From Eledone cirrhosa (Eukaryota), in the NCBI GenBank assembly GCA_964016885.1, contig OZ024744.1, positions 85,870,001 through 85,934,000 on the forward strand: a DNA stretch of 64,000 bases. The letters run 5' to 3'. Under the pieces are notes generated by a model. It was given only the letters and a program-made list of their open reading frames with translations. It was not told where the DNA came from and did no database searches. Of the stretch, positions 1 through 14,035 are shown piece by piece. Position 1 is the first letter of the stretch; each line of letters opens with the position of its first letter. Position numbers and translations under genes: made by a program.

Positions 1-243
1 ATATCAAGAATCGAACTTTCGTTAATGAGACAATCTTATATAATTAATCAATTACACAAGACATTTCCTATCAGTAATTAATGTTGAGTGGGGACAAAAA
101 CTCACATATTGAATGTTGGCTAACTTGGCATGAACTGCGACTATCTTAGCCAAAGGTAAGCTAAAAGTAGTCCATCTCAAGCTGTGAAGCATCTCAGCCG
201 TTTGTATTCTAAAAATCAGGAGTGTGAATATACAATGTAAATA

Positions 244-879
244 TCTATATATATAAAGTTGCATTCCTGTCTGTTTGTTTGTTTGATTGTTTGTTTGTTC
301 ACGAACTCCTCCTATGGTTTTGGAGATAGACCCCCATAACCATATACATTCTGAAACTACATTGTCAAGGGTACTTCGATAAGTATATTTCATTTTAATC
401 AAAGGGTTCCCCGGGGGGCACAAACACCCACTGAAAATGTTTTCCCTTCGATTTATATGAAATTTAAACCATAGGTAAATGACAAGATATGATGACTATT
501 CACAAAAGTTTTGAATTGATATTTTGAAAAAAATAATTTACAAGAAACAAAAAAGAATAAGATTTGATAATGTAATTTTGATTTGATATATTACAAAAAA
601 TAATTGTTTCTACTATTGGCACAAGGCCAGCAATTGCGCAGTACATTACTGGTACTTTATTTTATCGACTCCGTAAGGATGAAAGGCAAAGTTAACCTCG
701 GCGGGATTATGTTACAAAAAATAATGTTTTCCAATTTTTCATGCATTACATTTTATATTGAGTAATATTGAAATGCAAAGATTTTCTTCTTAAATTATAT
801 CACTGATTTAAAATTAATCATCATTTTCTTATAAAAAAAAAATGTATGAGACGCAGCAAGGCACGGGTAATTCGGCTAG
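244..879 (+). mobile_element. Probable non-autonomous Helitron-like element
   Basis: Starts A|TCTATATATATAAA followed by a (TGTT)n tract. Ends GCACGGGTAATTCGGCTAG|T, i.e. TC...CTAG between A and T with no TSD. The subterminal hairpin is degenerate. Confidence 0.55.
601..708 (-). mobile_element. SINE S1 fragment nested in the Helitron
   Basis: Reverse complement of the 3' half of the SINE at 5811-5998 (GCCTTTCATCCTTACGG..TCGATAAAATAAAGTACCAG). Confidence 0.8.
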
Positions 880-1009
880 TCTATCTATAAAGATATCGAC
901 TTGTTGATTAATAACTCTTCGATTCACTTTTTCATTCTCTGACGGCAACCCAGGTGTAAATGTAGTTGCACTTTCTGAGAGAATATGGCGTTTCCTATCC
1001 ATCTCAGAG

Positions 1010-2465
1010 AAAGAGTTGCCGGAACCTCAGTGCGGGTTTCGAACGTCGAACGTCCAGAGGAATAATTGACATGATTTTCTCTGCAAGACAGCTGTGGGGG
1101 AAAATGCAGAGTACGACAGAAACCTTTTTAGCTTGTCTTCAATGATCTCGAAAAAGCTTTCGACTCCGTACCACGCACATCTATATAGATGGTGCTGAGG
1201 CTATTTGGTTACATTGATCGTTTTGTAGCAATCTTCTAGGCATTCAACGATGATTGGTTGGACAGATGATATGTCAAAACAACATAGAAGTTTCCTCCAT
1301 CACTAATTGCTTACAACAAGGACGTGTACAGGCTCTAACCTTGTTCTTTAACTACCTTGCAGCCATCATTCCCGAAATCCCACCTACCTGCTTTGATCAC
1401 GTACTGCTCGTTGTTTGACTTTACAAACTGCACTGATTCCGGTCATAAAATTAACCAACAAGACTTATATCACTGAACTACATACAGCACGCTGACAACG
1501 ATGCCTCGCCAACTCATTCATACCGAATAAATGCAGGAATCAGGTATTAACTTCAAAATGCGTATAACTTTGATCCTAAAGTCAACATCCAGAAGACCAG
1601 TATACTTGCACAACCTGCTCCAAATTCAACTCTTACAGATTTTAATATCACAATCTCCAATACACTAATGGAAAAATGAGACCAGTTCAAGTATCTCGAA
1701 AGCAACTTCTCTATACGATGTAACTGAGAAAAACTTCGTGAACAGGATCTGAGCTGCCTATGTAGCTTTCGGAAAACGTTTCCATCATTTCCCCGTAAGC
1801 AAAACTTGAAACTTCAAACTAAGCTCATGGTGTATCGAGCTGTAGTTGTTACCACTTTACTCTATGCCAGTAAATCGTGGGCTTTGAACTGCCTAAAACT
1901 GGAACGATTTCATCAACAGAAACTCCGATCAGTTACAAGCATCAAATAAGATGACTATGTCAGCAACCTTGCAGTTCTTGACAGGGTTAAGGCCAACAGA
2001 ATTAGCGCAATTATGGCAAAACTTCGTCTTAGATGGACAGGTTACGTTAGTACACCAGACTGTCACATCAAGTTTTCTAGAGCAAAGTCACAACTAAGTA
2101 ATCACACCCGCCCTCATGTAATGCTACAAAATAACAGGTCACGTCAGTACACCAGATTGTCACGTCAACACCTCTACAGCGAACTCAGCACAAATAAATA
2201 ATCACACCCGCCCTCATGTAATGCTGCATAGACCAATGAAGAGTACCAATATCGACCCTAAGTTCTGGTAACAACACGCAGAAGAAACAGTTACGTATCG
2301 TCATCTTATCAAGATCGGTGAAAAAACTTTTGACGAAAATCGCAAGAGAACTGAGGAAGATTAAAGGCTGTGATAATGAAATTCACCAACTCTAACCAAG
2401 GTCTCAACCGACCATCAGTTGTAACACGTGTGGACAATTTTTCTTTGCAAAGTTTGGCCTTGTCA
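1010..2465 (+). pseudogene. Degenerate RTE (BovB-like) LINE RT/C-terminal region
   Basis: Frameshifted motifs LPEPQCGFR, IDMIFSARQL, DLEKAFDSVPR, KLMVYRAVVVTTLLY, LERFHQ, RLRWTGYV and a terminal CNTCG knuckle. Internal ~98-bp tandem duplication near 2050-2226. Confidence 0.8.
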
Positions 2466-2543
2466 TCTACCTAAAGTTAATCATGGATGAGAAAATTGAA
2501 CCGAAAGGATAAATATGTTGCGAAACGTGGAAAAGCCGACGAT

Positions 2544-2835
<292 letters not shown>

Positions 2836-2911
2836 GAAGAATTTATTTATTTATGTAATAAACAACATAAGATAATTATTTCATTTACCAATGGTTTCTT
2901 GATGTTATTTA

Positions 2912-2973
2912 TTCATTCTGAAGACTGAATACATATATAATTATCTGCTTTCAAGAAACCACTGGTAAATGAA
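2912..2973 (+). ncRNA. Type I hammerhead ribozyme inside inverted repeat 2841-3008
   Basis: TTCATT-CTGAAGA-[CTGAA...TTCAA]-GAAA-CCACTGG-TA|AATGAA. Stem I is TTCATT/AATGAA and the cleavage triplet is GUA. Confidence 0.7.
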
Positions 2974-3010
2974 ATAATTATCTTATGTTGTTTATTACAT
3001 AAATAAATGA

Positions 3011-3047
<37 letters not shown>

Positions 3048-3050
<3 letters not shown>

Positions 3051-3428
3051 AAAGTTATATTTAAATTGTTGGGTTACAACTAGTAAATATTTATAACTGA
3101 TATAAAAGCACTCAACAAGTATTTGGAGTATATTTACGATATTAAATAAATGGAAACTATATTTATAAAACCATATCTATTTCATTATATATATTTCAGG
3201 GATATCATATTAACAATATGTTATGCCTCCTTCAGAAGGCATAACAAATCAACTTTTCAAATACAAGTCGATGTTTAACGGTATGTCAAATCTATTTATT
3301 TATAAAACTGTCTATATTGTATTTTGTCTGAAGAAGGCATAACATATTGTTAATATGATATCCCTGAAATATATATAATGAAATAGATATGGTTTTATAA
3401 ATATAGTTTCCATTTATTTAATATCGTA
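3048..3428. mobile_element. PLE pseudo-LTR-like module, family A, palindromic
   Basis: Arms ~3135-3236 and ~3327-3428 are reverse complements, and both ends abut (AT)n. Homologs at 13175, 30775, 33235, 44085 and 54192. Confidence 0.75.
3320..3385 (+). ncRNA. Type I hammerhead ribozyme (family A)
   Basis: TATTTTGT-CTGAAGA-AGG...CCT-GAAA-TATATA-TA|ATGAAATA, with an extended stem II and palindromic stem III. Confidence 0.7.
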
Positions 3429-3448
3429 TATATATATATATATATATA

Positions 3449-5706
3449 TTGTTATACTTTGGGAGGATCATGTTGCCAATAAGAAACACACGCACCATGC
3501 TTTCACTCCAATTTATTATAAATATTTTTCAAAAAAAAAATGTTTTTTTTAAATTTATAAATTTCTGGTTGGTTGGTTGGTTTCACAACCGGACGGTTGT
3601 TCATATATCGTCAAAGTTCTTTCGTCACTCATACTGTGACCTCAACTGTGACTGGGGATTCTTTTCTTTGTTTTGTGTCTCTCCTTTGTTCTGTCCTACG
3701 CCATCTTGTTTTTGTATGTGTTGTGTGCTTAGTTTTCGCATGTGTTACATCCGGGTGTCTGTGTGTGTTTTTATTTGTTTATTTATTTGTTTATTTACAT
3801 GTTACTGGTTGGTTGTTTGTTCTATGTGTGTGTGTTTTTATTTTGTCCTTAATTGTAAGTTGTGATGTTGCTATTCCATTCATGTTTTCTATTTAATTTT
3901 GGTTGGAGTTTATTTATGTTTATTGCCTCTGTGATTTGTCTAAATATTGCGTCTTTTCTGTGTGTAGATTTTATTTTTATTTCTACGTTCTCTAATTTGC
4001 CCTTATGTTCTATTTTAGCATGTTGATGGAGTATTGATGATTCTTCTCTATCTTGAAACTCTCGCCAGTGTTCATTTAACCGTTCTCCTATACTACGAGC
4101 TGTCCCACCTATGTACACTATATTCTTATCTTTACATTGTCCTTCAGTACATCTTATGCTGTATATTATGTTTCTAGTTTTACAGTTAAAATGGGGCTTA
4201 GTTTATAGATTATGCATTTCTTATCTATACAGGGAGGTCTTTGAAAAGGGTATGTATTACTAATAAGTGTTTTTATGGAGGTACCTGGTCTTTCTACTCT
4301 CTTAATATTAAGTTTAAATTTATCTAGGGCCCTTCTAAATTTGTAAGCTAATTCACCTCTAGGGGTTGTATTGATGAACATTACACTCTGGTATGTATTG
4401 CTATCATACCATGAGTTTATTCTATTAGCCTTATTCCTAGTTCTTTCTATTCTATTCCAAAATTTGCTCCTATACAAGGGGCAGGTCCCATTTGTATCAT
4501 TATTTACCATTTTTTCCCATTTGGTTCTGGCTTCTCTATATACTCTGATTGTAACCATAGAACTGCATACGGTGGATGAGGTGTTGTGTGTGTCTCTCTA
4601 GTTCTTTGGGGTTGTACATGCGGGACACGTTTCTCATCACCCGTACTAAATCCGCAATCAATATGTTGATTTCGGTGTGATCCGAAACAGCTGAGTTTCG
4701 GTGGATCAGATATTTGGAAGTCCTGGGTTTGGCATAATGGGAATGGAGGATTTGTTTTTTGTTATTAATGGTTTCTAACCAGAGCTCTGTGTCTAGTACA
4801 GGTAATCAATGGTTGGGGTGTTTGCTTGGGTAGTCTATAGTAACTCTAATACTCTGGTGGATGGAGTTAGCTATTTGCTGGATGCTTTCCATGGTGTTTT
4901 TTCTCTTACTCCTGACTGTTCTCTAGTGGGGTGTTTTTACTACGATCTTTATATCATCAACGTAGCGAGAGTACATTATCAGGGTTAAGAGGTTGCTGTC
5001 TTCTAATAGTTCTTTAAGTTTATTGTCCCACCATACCATGAATAGGTTAGCTATGTCACCTGCAATGCTAACACCAATAGCTGCTCTCTCCTCTTGGGCA
5101 TATGTTTTTCCATTAAATTTGAACATATGTTCCTTAAGGGTTAGTTTTATACTGGCCCCCACCGCATGAGAAATCATTTTCTTTAGTTCATCTTGGTTTT
5201 CGAGGGTCCGTATGGCTCTGGTCCGCCCGTTCCATCTTTCTGTGTGCGTTTTCTTGGCCATTGAGGTAATGGTATGTGGTCTGCCTCTTGCTGGTCTTGT
5301 GGGGCAGAGGTTGCTAAGGTCATACGTATCTAGATAATCATTTTAAGTAACTTTAAGTAGAAGTCCCAGCTCACTGGTATCAATCGCACGGAATTCAACA
5401 TTGTTCTCACTGATCATTTCTACGCATTTCTCCACAGCAAAATCCACGTCAATGGATGGATATAGGGACACAACATCCATATTACCTATTATACAATCTG
5501 TTAGGTCCCTAGATCGGTTATTTTCGCTGATTCTACTGAGGAGGTCCTCCGTGCTGTCACATATATCCGGGGACATTTCAATGATGGCGCGTATGATCAG
5601 GGAGAGGAAGTAGGAAAGGCAACATGACCCTCCCAAAGTATAACAATATCGGTTTTAACACACGTTTTCAGATAAAGAATCTTGCTAAACAAATTCAGAA
5701 ACGAAA
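3449..5706 (-). mobile_element. 5'-truncated Penelope-like retroelement (RT + GIY-YIG) with inverted pLTR piece (family D)
   Basis: ORF pieces GNMDVVSLYPSI, AIGVSIAGDIANLFMVWWD, YSRYVDD, YIGGTARSIGERLNEH and RQITEAINI..LNRKHEW. 3449-3478 is repeated in inverted orientation at 5618-5646. Both ends lie in (AT)n. Confidence 0.9.
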
Positions 5707-5810
5707 TATATATATATATATTTAATACAATAACAGAGATAGTTTAAAGCTAAACTCTGACTGGTAACCATCTCACTCAACAAACATTAGGTTATATTAA
5801 AATATAAACA

Positions 5811-5998
5811 GGGCGGTGGATTGGCAGTATCGGTAGAGGGTCGGACGCCATGCTTTCCAGCATAGTTACGTCACTTTACGATCTGAGTTCAAATCCCGCC
5901 GAGGTTGACTTTGCCTTTCATCCTTACGGGGTCGATAAAATAAAGTACCAGTAATGCACTGGGTAATTGCTGGCCTTGTGCCTAAAGTAGAAACAATT
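5811..5998 (+). mobile_element. tRNA-derived SINE S1 (Meta/MESC-like central domain)
   Basis: Head GGCGGTGGATTGGCAGTATCGGT (A box), GAGTTCAAATCCC (B box), then GCCTTTCATCCTTACGGGGTCGATAAAATAAAGTACC. More than 10 copies in the window. Confidence 0.85.
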
Positions 5999-6516
5999 AA
6001 AATATAAACCCAATTTAAGTGTTTGGGGTGCTAACAATATGTATAATGTGGAAAAACCAGTTGTATTATTTTATGAGATATAATTAAAGTTAAAGTATAT
6101 CTCTCTTTCCAAACAATTGTTTCATTATAAGTTTTCTACAAGTTTGGGAGAATGTTTCCAGTTTATGTAGAAGCCTAATATATATTCATGTAAGAATATA
6201 TTTAGGTGGGCACTTATAAATCATCAGTGGAAGCCCATTAAACATTGATATAAGAAAACAATTTCTTACCGCTGTCAAAAATCATGTCCGTAAAGTAGCT
6301 CTCTCTCGCCTCGAATGACCGCCAAATTTGAAATTCCAGCAGTTTTTAACTGAAGAAGTATCATAGCGACACGAAGCGGGAAGGGGAGACAACTCACGAA
6401 ATGAGGAAAAAAATAATATACACACGGGTTAATTAGTTTTTTTTGAAAACATTATCAATCCAACGTGTTTAAGAATTCAATTGAAAATAAAAAATAAAAA
6501 AAATATATATATATAT

Positions 6517-6574
6517 GCGGTGCCCCAGCATGGCCTCAGCCGGATGGCTGAAACAGGTAAAAGAGTAAAAGAGT
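6517..6574 (+). mobile_element. SINE 3' tail fragment
   Basis: GCGGTGCCCCAGCATGGCC...GAAACAGGTAAAAGAGTAAAAGAG. A related reverse copy lies at ~60735-60800. Confidence 0.55.
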
Positions 6575-6713
6575 ATATATATATATATAATTGATGTTGG
6601 ATGTTTAAAGCGTCCGTATGCGGTAGGCCGTATGAGCACTCAATACCCTCGTAGAGCAGAGTAGGAAATCACAGAAAAAAGAGAATCAGTGTTGTGACGA
6701 AAGGAATTTATTG

Positions 6714-6808
6714 GACATATTACAATTGTTTGTCGGGCGACCAGCTGGAGGCACGATCGATATGGTGATCAAACCTGACTCTGAAATCGCGCCGTCGTCG
6801 GATACGTC
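6714..6808 (-). ncRNA. Decayed hammerhead with long stem II (family G module 6590-6826)
   Basis: On the minus strand: GACGTAT-CCGACGA-[~60 nt]-CAAA-CAATTG-TA|ATATGTC. The 7-bp stem I is intact but there are two core mutations. Confidence 0.5.
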
Positions 6809-6825
6809 TCGATTCTACGAAGCAG

Positions 6826-6902
<77 letters not shown>

Positions 6903-7240
6903 TCTTCAGGTTTTATAATTTCACACATTTTTTCCCAATAGAGAGAAAGTCGGTTTCTAATATAGACAAAAGACTCTCATTGGAATTTACACAACATCAA
7001 CTAGGTAGATTATGTATGCATGCATGCATGTGTAGATATGGATGTTATTGTATGTGTGGATGTGTATATTTTGAGTTGTATGTGTGCATGTGTATATGCT
7101 TTGTATCTGTACATGTGTATATGCAGCTATTAGATGCACAATTTTAGGAATGTTTACATATTTTTACTGTTCCATTAATGGATTGTAATTGTAAAAAAAA
7201 TTGTAAAAAAATGTATGTATGTATGTATGTATGTATGTAT

Positions 7241-7668
7241 GGCCATCCAAAATCACCGGGAGAGATGACCCTTTAGCCTTTGTCAAGGCAGAATTCTAGG
7301 AGAAGGAAAACTCTGATATAACACCTGCAACTCTGATGGTATCCAATGATGTTGACTTGTTCTTCTTTTTGGTAAATATCATCTTGGTTAAGAGAGTGGG
7401 ACTGGCTTTGTGCAGTGCCTTTGCTCACTATAAAAGCTTCACGGCACAGGCATTGCTTTATATCTGGAGATCTCTCTGCACTTGTCGTCACAGGGTACCA
7501 TGGGCCCAGCACTATGTGTCAATATTTGTCACAAGTGTAGTGTTTGTACCAGAGTTTTCAAGTTGCTGGTTGGACTAAAAAGTCACACTCGTTCAGCGCA
7601 TCGGTAGGGTTTCTCCTATATGGATATAAAGTAGTGGCCGTACTCGAAAACGAGTTGGCAGCCACCAT
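7241..7668 (+). mobile_element. Short interspersed element flanked by (TATG)n, RTE-5'UTR-like head
   Basis: Near-identical inverted copy at 59076-59521. Contains AGAAGGAAAACTCTGA. Related heads at ~8090-8360 and ~18510-18620. Confidence 0.65.
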
Positions 7669-8409
7669 GTATGTATGTATGTATGTAAGTATTTACTTTT
7701 TTTTCAACACCCGTGGTAATAACAAACAAACGGTCGATTTGTTTCGGTCGATATAAATAATTTTTCGTTACAACGAATTCTTTATACCCAGGAATTTCGT
7801 TATAACGGAATTTCATATGTATGTATATATCTATGTATGTTCTGGTTTTATAATTTCACAAATGTTTGCCAATAGAGAGAGGAGAGTAGGTTTCTAACAT
7901 AGTTACAAGACGTTCTCATTCTCTAGGTGGATATGCCTGTATGCCTACACACATGTGTATGCAGGTATGGATGTTATTGTATGTGTGGATGTGGATGTTT
8001 CGAGTTGTATGTGTGCATGTATATATGTTTGTATGTATGTACATATGTGTATACGTATATGCATATATACATATATGTATATATACGCGGGGACATAGAG
8101 ATAGTCAGGCTGGATACCCGATCGCGTTGTTACACCACTATGAGTGAAGGACCCCTAGCCTTTGTCAGGGCATTCTTCTGGGAGAATGCAACTCAGGAAA
8201 CTGGGATAACTCCGACATAAAACCTTCGGCTCAGTAATTACTGATGTTGATCTTTTATTCTTTTCGGATTATAGCTACTGTCGCTCAGAGAGTGGGATTG
8301 GCTCAGTGCACTGTCTTTCCTCACTTTAAAAACATCTTCACGCACAGGCATTGCACATTTGCGTTAATTAGTAATTATTAATGCTATATCGTGCAATGGG
8401 CACACTCGA

Positions 8410-8636
8410 TAATGTGTGACGAAAGAACTTTGACAATATATGAACAATCGTCTGGTTGTAGAACCAACCAACCAACCGAAAATTTATAAATTTAATTTAT
8501 AATAAATTGAAGTGAAAGCAACTGGTGCGTGTGTTTCTTATTGGCAACATGACCCTCCCAAAGCATAAAAAATATCGGTTTCAACATACGTTTTCAGATA
8601 AAGAATCTTGCAAAATAAATTCAGAAACGAAATAAA
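8410..8636 (+). mobile_element. Solo pLTR of the family D PLE
   Basis: Matches the reverse complement of 3449-3630 joined to 5646-5706. Confidence 0.8.
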
Positions 8637-8655
8637 TAAATATATATATATAAGC

Positions 8656-8699
<44 letters not shown>

Positions 8700-8949
8700 A
8701 GCTAATATGACTTTGGTAGAATTTGAACTCATAATGTAGAGAGCGCCACAAGGCCTCTGCCAATTTTGAAAACAAATAAAAAACAAAAGAAATAGAAAAA
8801 GAATTAGTTAATTAATACAAAATATATAATGAACTATAAACGTATAGTTGTTTGACTGGAAGAGTAAGAAAAATAAACACTACACAAGTAAGGAAATCGA
8901 GGTCTATTAAAACACAAACACCATCCACATGTATATATGTATTTATATG

Positions 8950-9015
<66 letters not shown>

Positions 9016-9565
9016 AAGAATTTATGTGTATTTATATATATATATATATATATGTATATATCAGATAAATATGTATCTATTTATATATATATATATGTAT
9101 TTATGTATATATATATGGTGTGTATATACATATATATGTATATATATGTTCATATATATGCATGTGTGTATATATGTATATATATATATATCCTTCTCTC
9201 TTTCCTTCTCTCTCTCTTTTTCCTTCTCTCTCTCTCTATATATATATATATTAACATATATATATAATTACCTGTGCCCCATGGTGTGTTAGATAATTTG
9301 CGACTGTGCACTCATTTTCTGATCTACACCACAAGATGCTTTATTTTGAATATTGACAGAATTAAAAATTTAAGTGTGCCCCCGACACACACATACACAC
9401 ATACACACACATACACACATACACACATACACACATACACACATACACACAATATAAGCTAGGATGTGTGGGTGTGTAGGTGTGCACATATTGCATAATA
9501 AACCATATGTAAGAACCCACTTCAATTTAGTCAATTTATACACACACACACACACACATACACAC

Positions 9566-9598
<33 letters not shown>

Positions 9599-9694
9599 CC
9601 TATATATGTACATATATATATGTATTTATGTCTATATATATATATTAAGATATATGTGTGTGTATATATATATGTGTGTATATATATCTATCTA

Positions 9695-9747
<53 letters not shown>

Positions 9748-9906
9748 GTGTATATACATATGTATATATATATATATGTGTGTGTGTGTGCGTGCGTATG
9801 TGTATTTGTGTATGTGTGTGAGTGCGTGCGTTGTATGAACGAAAATGTATGTAAGGAAACTCTCAACAAACATATATTTCCAGAAGCAAACACGCACACA
9901 CACAAA

Positions 9907-10094
<188 letters not shown>

Positions 10095-10456
10095 AAGGCA
10101 CATACACATACACATACACACATATACATACACTTAAACTAACAATAAAATTACGAAAAACAAAACACAAACAAACACACTACAGAACAACAGTAAAATA
10201 TATGTTAGATAATGTGACCAGTAGCTATAAAATGCAACGATGATCTTAGGGTAAATGCACTTAATATTGTTCGACCAGAACATTGTCTATGACAATGTGA
10301 AAATGCATGCATTGAACCATGTGCTAGCGAAAGACAAATTAAAACAATGGCTCTATATATCATCTGAAATATACCTATTAACTCGGAGGCTACAATTTAT
10401 TAAGGAAAGGAAATTACAACAGAGAATGTTTGAAAAGAACTTAGTGCATTTAATGT

Positions 10457-11028
10457 AATATAATATAATATAATATAATATAATATAATATAATATAATA
10501 CAATATAATATGATATAATATAATATAATACAATATAATATAATACAATATAATATGATATAATATAATATAATACACTATAATATAATATAGTATAATA
10601 TACTACAATATAATATAATATAATACAATATAATACAATATAATATAATATAATACAATATAATATATTATAGTATAATATAATATAATATAATATTATA
10701 TAATATAATATAGTATAATATAATACAATATAATATAATATGATATAATATACTATAATACAATATAATATAATGTTGTATAATATAATACAATATAATA
10801 TAATATATTATAGTATAATATAATATAAAATAAAATAATATAATATAATATAAAATAATATAATATAATACGATATAATATAATATAATATAATACAATA
10901 TAATATATTATATTATAGTATAATATAATATAATACAATATAATATAATATATTATAGTATAATATAATATAATATAAAATAGAATAATATAATATAATA
11001 TAAAATAATATAATATAATACAATATAA
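10457..11028. repeat. (AATAT)n pentanucleotide satellite
   Basis: About 570 bp of degenerate AATAT units. Confidence 0.97.
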
Positions 11029-11210
11029 TTGTTTCTACTTTTGGCACCAGGCCAGCAATTACCCAGTACATTACTGGTACTTTATTTTATCGACCCCGTA
11101 AGGATGAAAGGCAAAGTTAACCTCGGCGGGATTTGAACTCAGACTGTAAAGGGACGTAACTATGCTAGAAAGCATGGCGTCCGAACCCTCTACCGATACT
11201 GCCAATCCAT
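11027..11210 (-). mobile_element. SINE S1
   Basis: Reverse complement of 5811-5998. Confidence 0.85.
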
Positions 11211-11371
11211 AATATAAGATAATATGCACGGACAGACAAACTTGTAAATCTATGTAGAATAAAGGTGTGTAAGGTGTGTAATAATGCATCATAAACCACG
11301 TGCATACAGGAATGTAATTTGTGATGAACATGTATGTACGTTTATATATGTATATACATATATCTATATAA

Positions 11372-11448
<77 letters not shown>

Positions 11449-11544
11449 AGATGTCAACATGAATGGACCTTTAATTTTTATCAAAAGACATATTTTCCAA
11501 TTCCATCCCGCCCGTCCCCTCAATCTATTTTATTTCTCATTCTT

Positions 11545-11580
11545 TCTTCTGATGAAGGACTAGCGTCCGAAATGTTAAAT
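11545..11580 (+). ncRNA. Minimal hammerhead core
   Basis: CTGATGA-AGGAC-TAGC-GTCC-GAAATGTTA. Stem II is perfect and stem I is weak. Confidence 0.55.
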
Positions 11581-11740
11581 ACCTCTTCCTGATATATCAA
11601 GCGTTAACCTAATATATACCTTCCATATACTGTACCGATTGTGTTGTTATTTCTGTTTACCTTTTACATATATAAATAAATATATACACATACACGCACA
11701 CACACATATATATATATACCTACACACAAACACTTATATA

Positions 11741-13132
11741 TCCTGTAACGGGGCACTGGAGAAAGGAGTTGCCCCGAATCAGTGGAGGATCAGTAACATC
11801 GTCCCAGTGCCAAAGAAGGGAGATCTCTCTAACACCAACAACTACCGGGGGATCTCACTGACGTCACTCTTGGCAAAGACCCTCAACAGGATGATTCTTA
11901 ACAGGATCCAGCCTGAGATGAAGAAGAAGCTCAGGGACAACCAGAACGGCTTCAGAGAGGGTAGATCAACCACCAGTCACATCCTGATGCTGAGGAGGAT
12001 ATTAGAGGGAGCTAGAGCAAAGTGCCTTCCTGCGGTCATGGTTTTCATTGACTTTAGGAAGGCCTTTGATTCTGTGGACCGTTACTGCCTGATGAAGATC
12101 TTACAGGCTTATGAAATCCCCAAGAGGATAGTGGACCTGATATCACTGCTCTACACCAACACCAAAGCCCAAGTCATTACACCTGATGGGATGACAGAGT
12201 TCTTTGAGATACTGGCTGGAGTGCTCCAGGGAGATACATTGGCTCCCTACCTTTTTATCATCGTAGTGGACTATTGTATGCGCCTTGCACTGGAGAAACA
12301 CCAGGACTCTGGCTTTACTGTAGCACCGGCTCAGAGCAGGAGAGTTGGGGCGAAAAAGGTATCGGATGCTGAATTTGCCGACGACATAGTTTTGGTGACA
12401 AATACAGTGAAGGAGGCAGAGGATTTGATGCGGGAGGTTGAGACTGTGTCGATGAGTGTGGGGCTGAGAATGAATGAGAATAAAACAAAATATCTGGTAG
12501 AGAATGTTGAGAAGCCAGAGGGGATCACTAATGTAGGCGGGAAGCCGCTGGAATTGGTTGAGGACTTCCTGTATTTGGGAGCGAAGATTGGGAATACGGA
12601 AGATGATGTGGTTGAGAGGGAGAGCAAGGGCTGGGCGGCGTGTCACAGCTTGAGATCGGTGTGGAAGTCGGACCTTCGTGGAGACCTGAAAATCCGCCTC
12701 TTCATTGCTGTAGTGGAGTCTGTGCTGCTGTATGGGTCTGAGACTTGGACACTGACCAAGAAACTCACTCAGATGGTGGATGGGTGCTACACGAGAATGC
12801 TGAGGATGGCTCTGAACATTAATTAGTATACACTGAGGATGAAAAATTCAGAGCTGTATGGAAGCATCCCAAATGTCAGCTCAAAAGTGACACAGAGGAG
12901 ACTGAGGTTGGCTGGACATGCTCACCGACATCCAGAGTTGACATTGCACTCAGTGCTCCTTTGGGAGCCCCTACATGGACACACTAGAAGAGGAAGACCA
13001 AGGTTAACATATGTTGATGCCCTAAGGACAGACACTGGTCTGTTGGAGATGCAGGATATGGCAGCGATAATGAGGGACAGAGACCGCTGGAGAGAACTCG
13101 TCCATGGATCTCGAGAATTTTACCCGCCTTAG
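11741..13132 (+). mobile_element. 5'-truncated young RTE-clade LINE (RT domain), one premature stop at 12824
   Basis: ORF 11639-12826 plus 12839-13132 carry NYRGISLTS, NQNGFR, FIDFRKAFDSV, GVLQGDTLAPYLF, FADD, FLYLG, LLYGSETW and GRPRLTY. The first ~34 aa of the listed ORF are flanking microsatellite. Confidence 0.95.
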
Positions 13133-13174
<42 letters not shown>

Positions 13175-13629
13175 AGAGTTTATATTTAATTTGTTGGGAT
13201 TCAACAAGCTTAAACATTTTTATAACTGATATAAAGCACTCAGCAAGTTAGTGGAAAAAATACACAATATATTACTAAATGGAAACTATATTTATAAAAC
13301 CATATTTATTTTATTATACATATTTCAAGGACAACCAATGCAAACTATGGTGCGCTTTCATCAGATAAAATACAGATTTGTTTTATTAATAAATATTGAC
13401 ACAGCAGGAAAAAAAGACAACCTTAACTGTTGGAGCCTCCTGGAGAGAATATCCAGGAGGCTCCAACCGTTAAGGTTGTCTTTTTTTACTGCTGTGTCAA
13501 TATTTATTAATAAAACAAATCTGTATTTTATCTGATGAAAGCGCACCATAGTTTACATTGGTTGTCCTTGAAATATGTATAATAAAATAAATATGGTTTT
13601 ATAAATATAGTTTCCATTTAGTAATATAT

Positions 13630-13636
<7 letters not shown>
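13175..13636. mobile_element. Family A pLTR-like module, near-perfect 185-bp-arm palindrome
   Basis: Arms 13260-13444 and 13452-13636 around a 7-nt loop. Confidence 0.85.
13524..13589 (+). ncRNA. Type I hammerhead ribozyme (family A); mirror copy on minus strand ~13307-13372
   Basis: TATTTTAT-CTGATGA-AAG...CTT-GAAA-TATGTA-TA|ATAAAATA, with an 8-bp perfect stem I. Confidence 0.8.
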
Positions 13637-13683
<47 letters not shown>

Positions 13684-13801
13684 TATTGCGAATATCCACG
13701 GACACATATTCAATCTCTCTCTCTCTACCGCGCTCTCTCTCTACCTCTCTCTCTCTCTCTACCTCTCTCTCTACCCCTCTCTCTCCCTCTCTCTCACATA
13801 C

Positions 13802-13910
<109 letters not shown>

Positions 13911-13971
13911 TATACATATATATATATACATACATACATATATATATGTATATATATATATACATATATAC

Positions 13972-14032
<61 letters not shown>

Positions 14033-14035
<3 letters not shown>

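Noticed and set aside
5811-5900. tRNA gene
   Set aside because: A and B boxes are present but there is no full cloverleaf. It is a SINE head.
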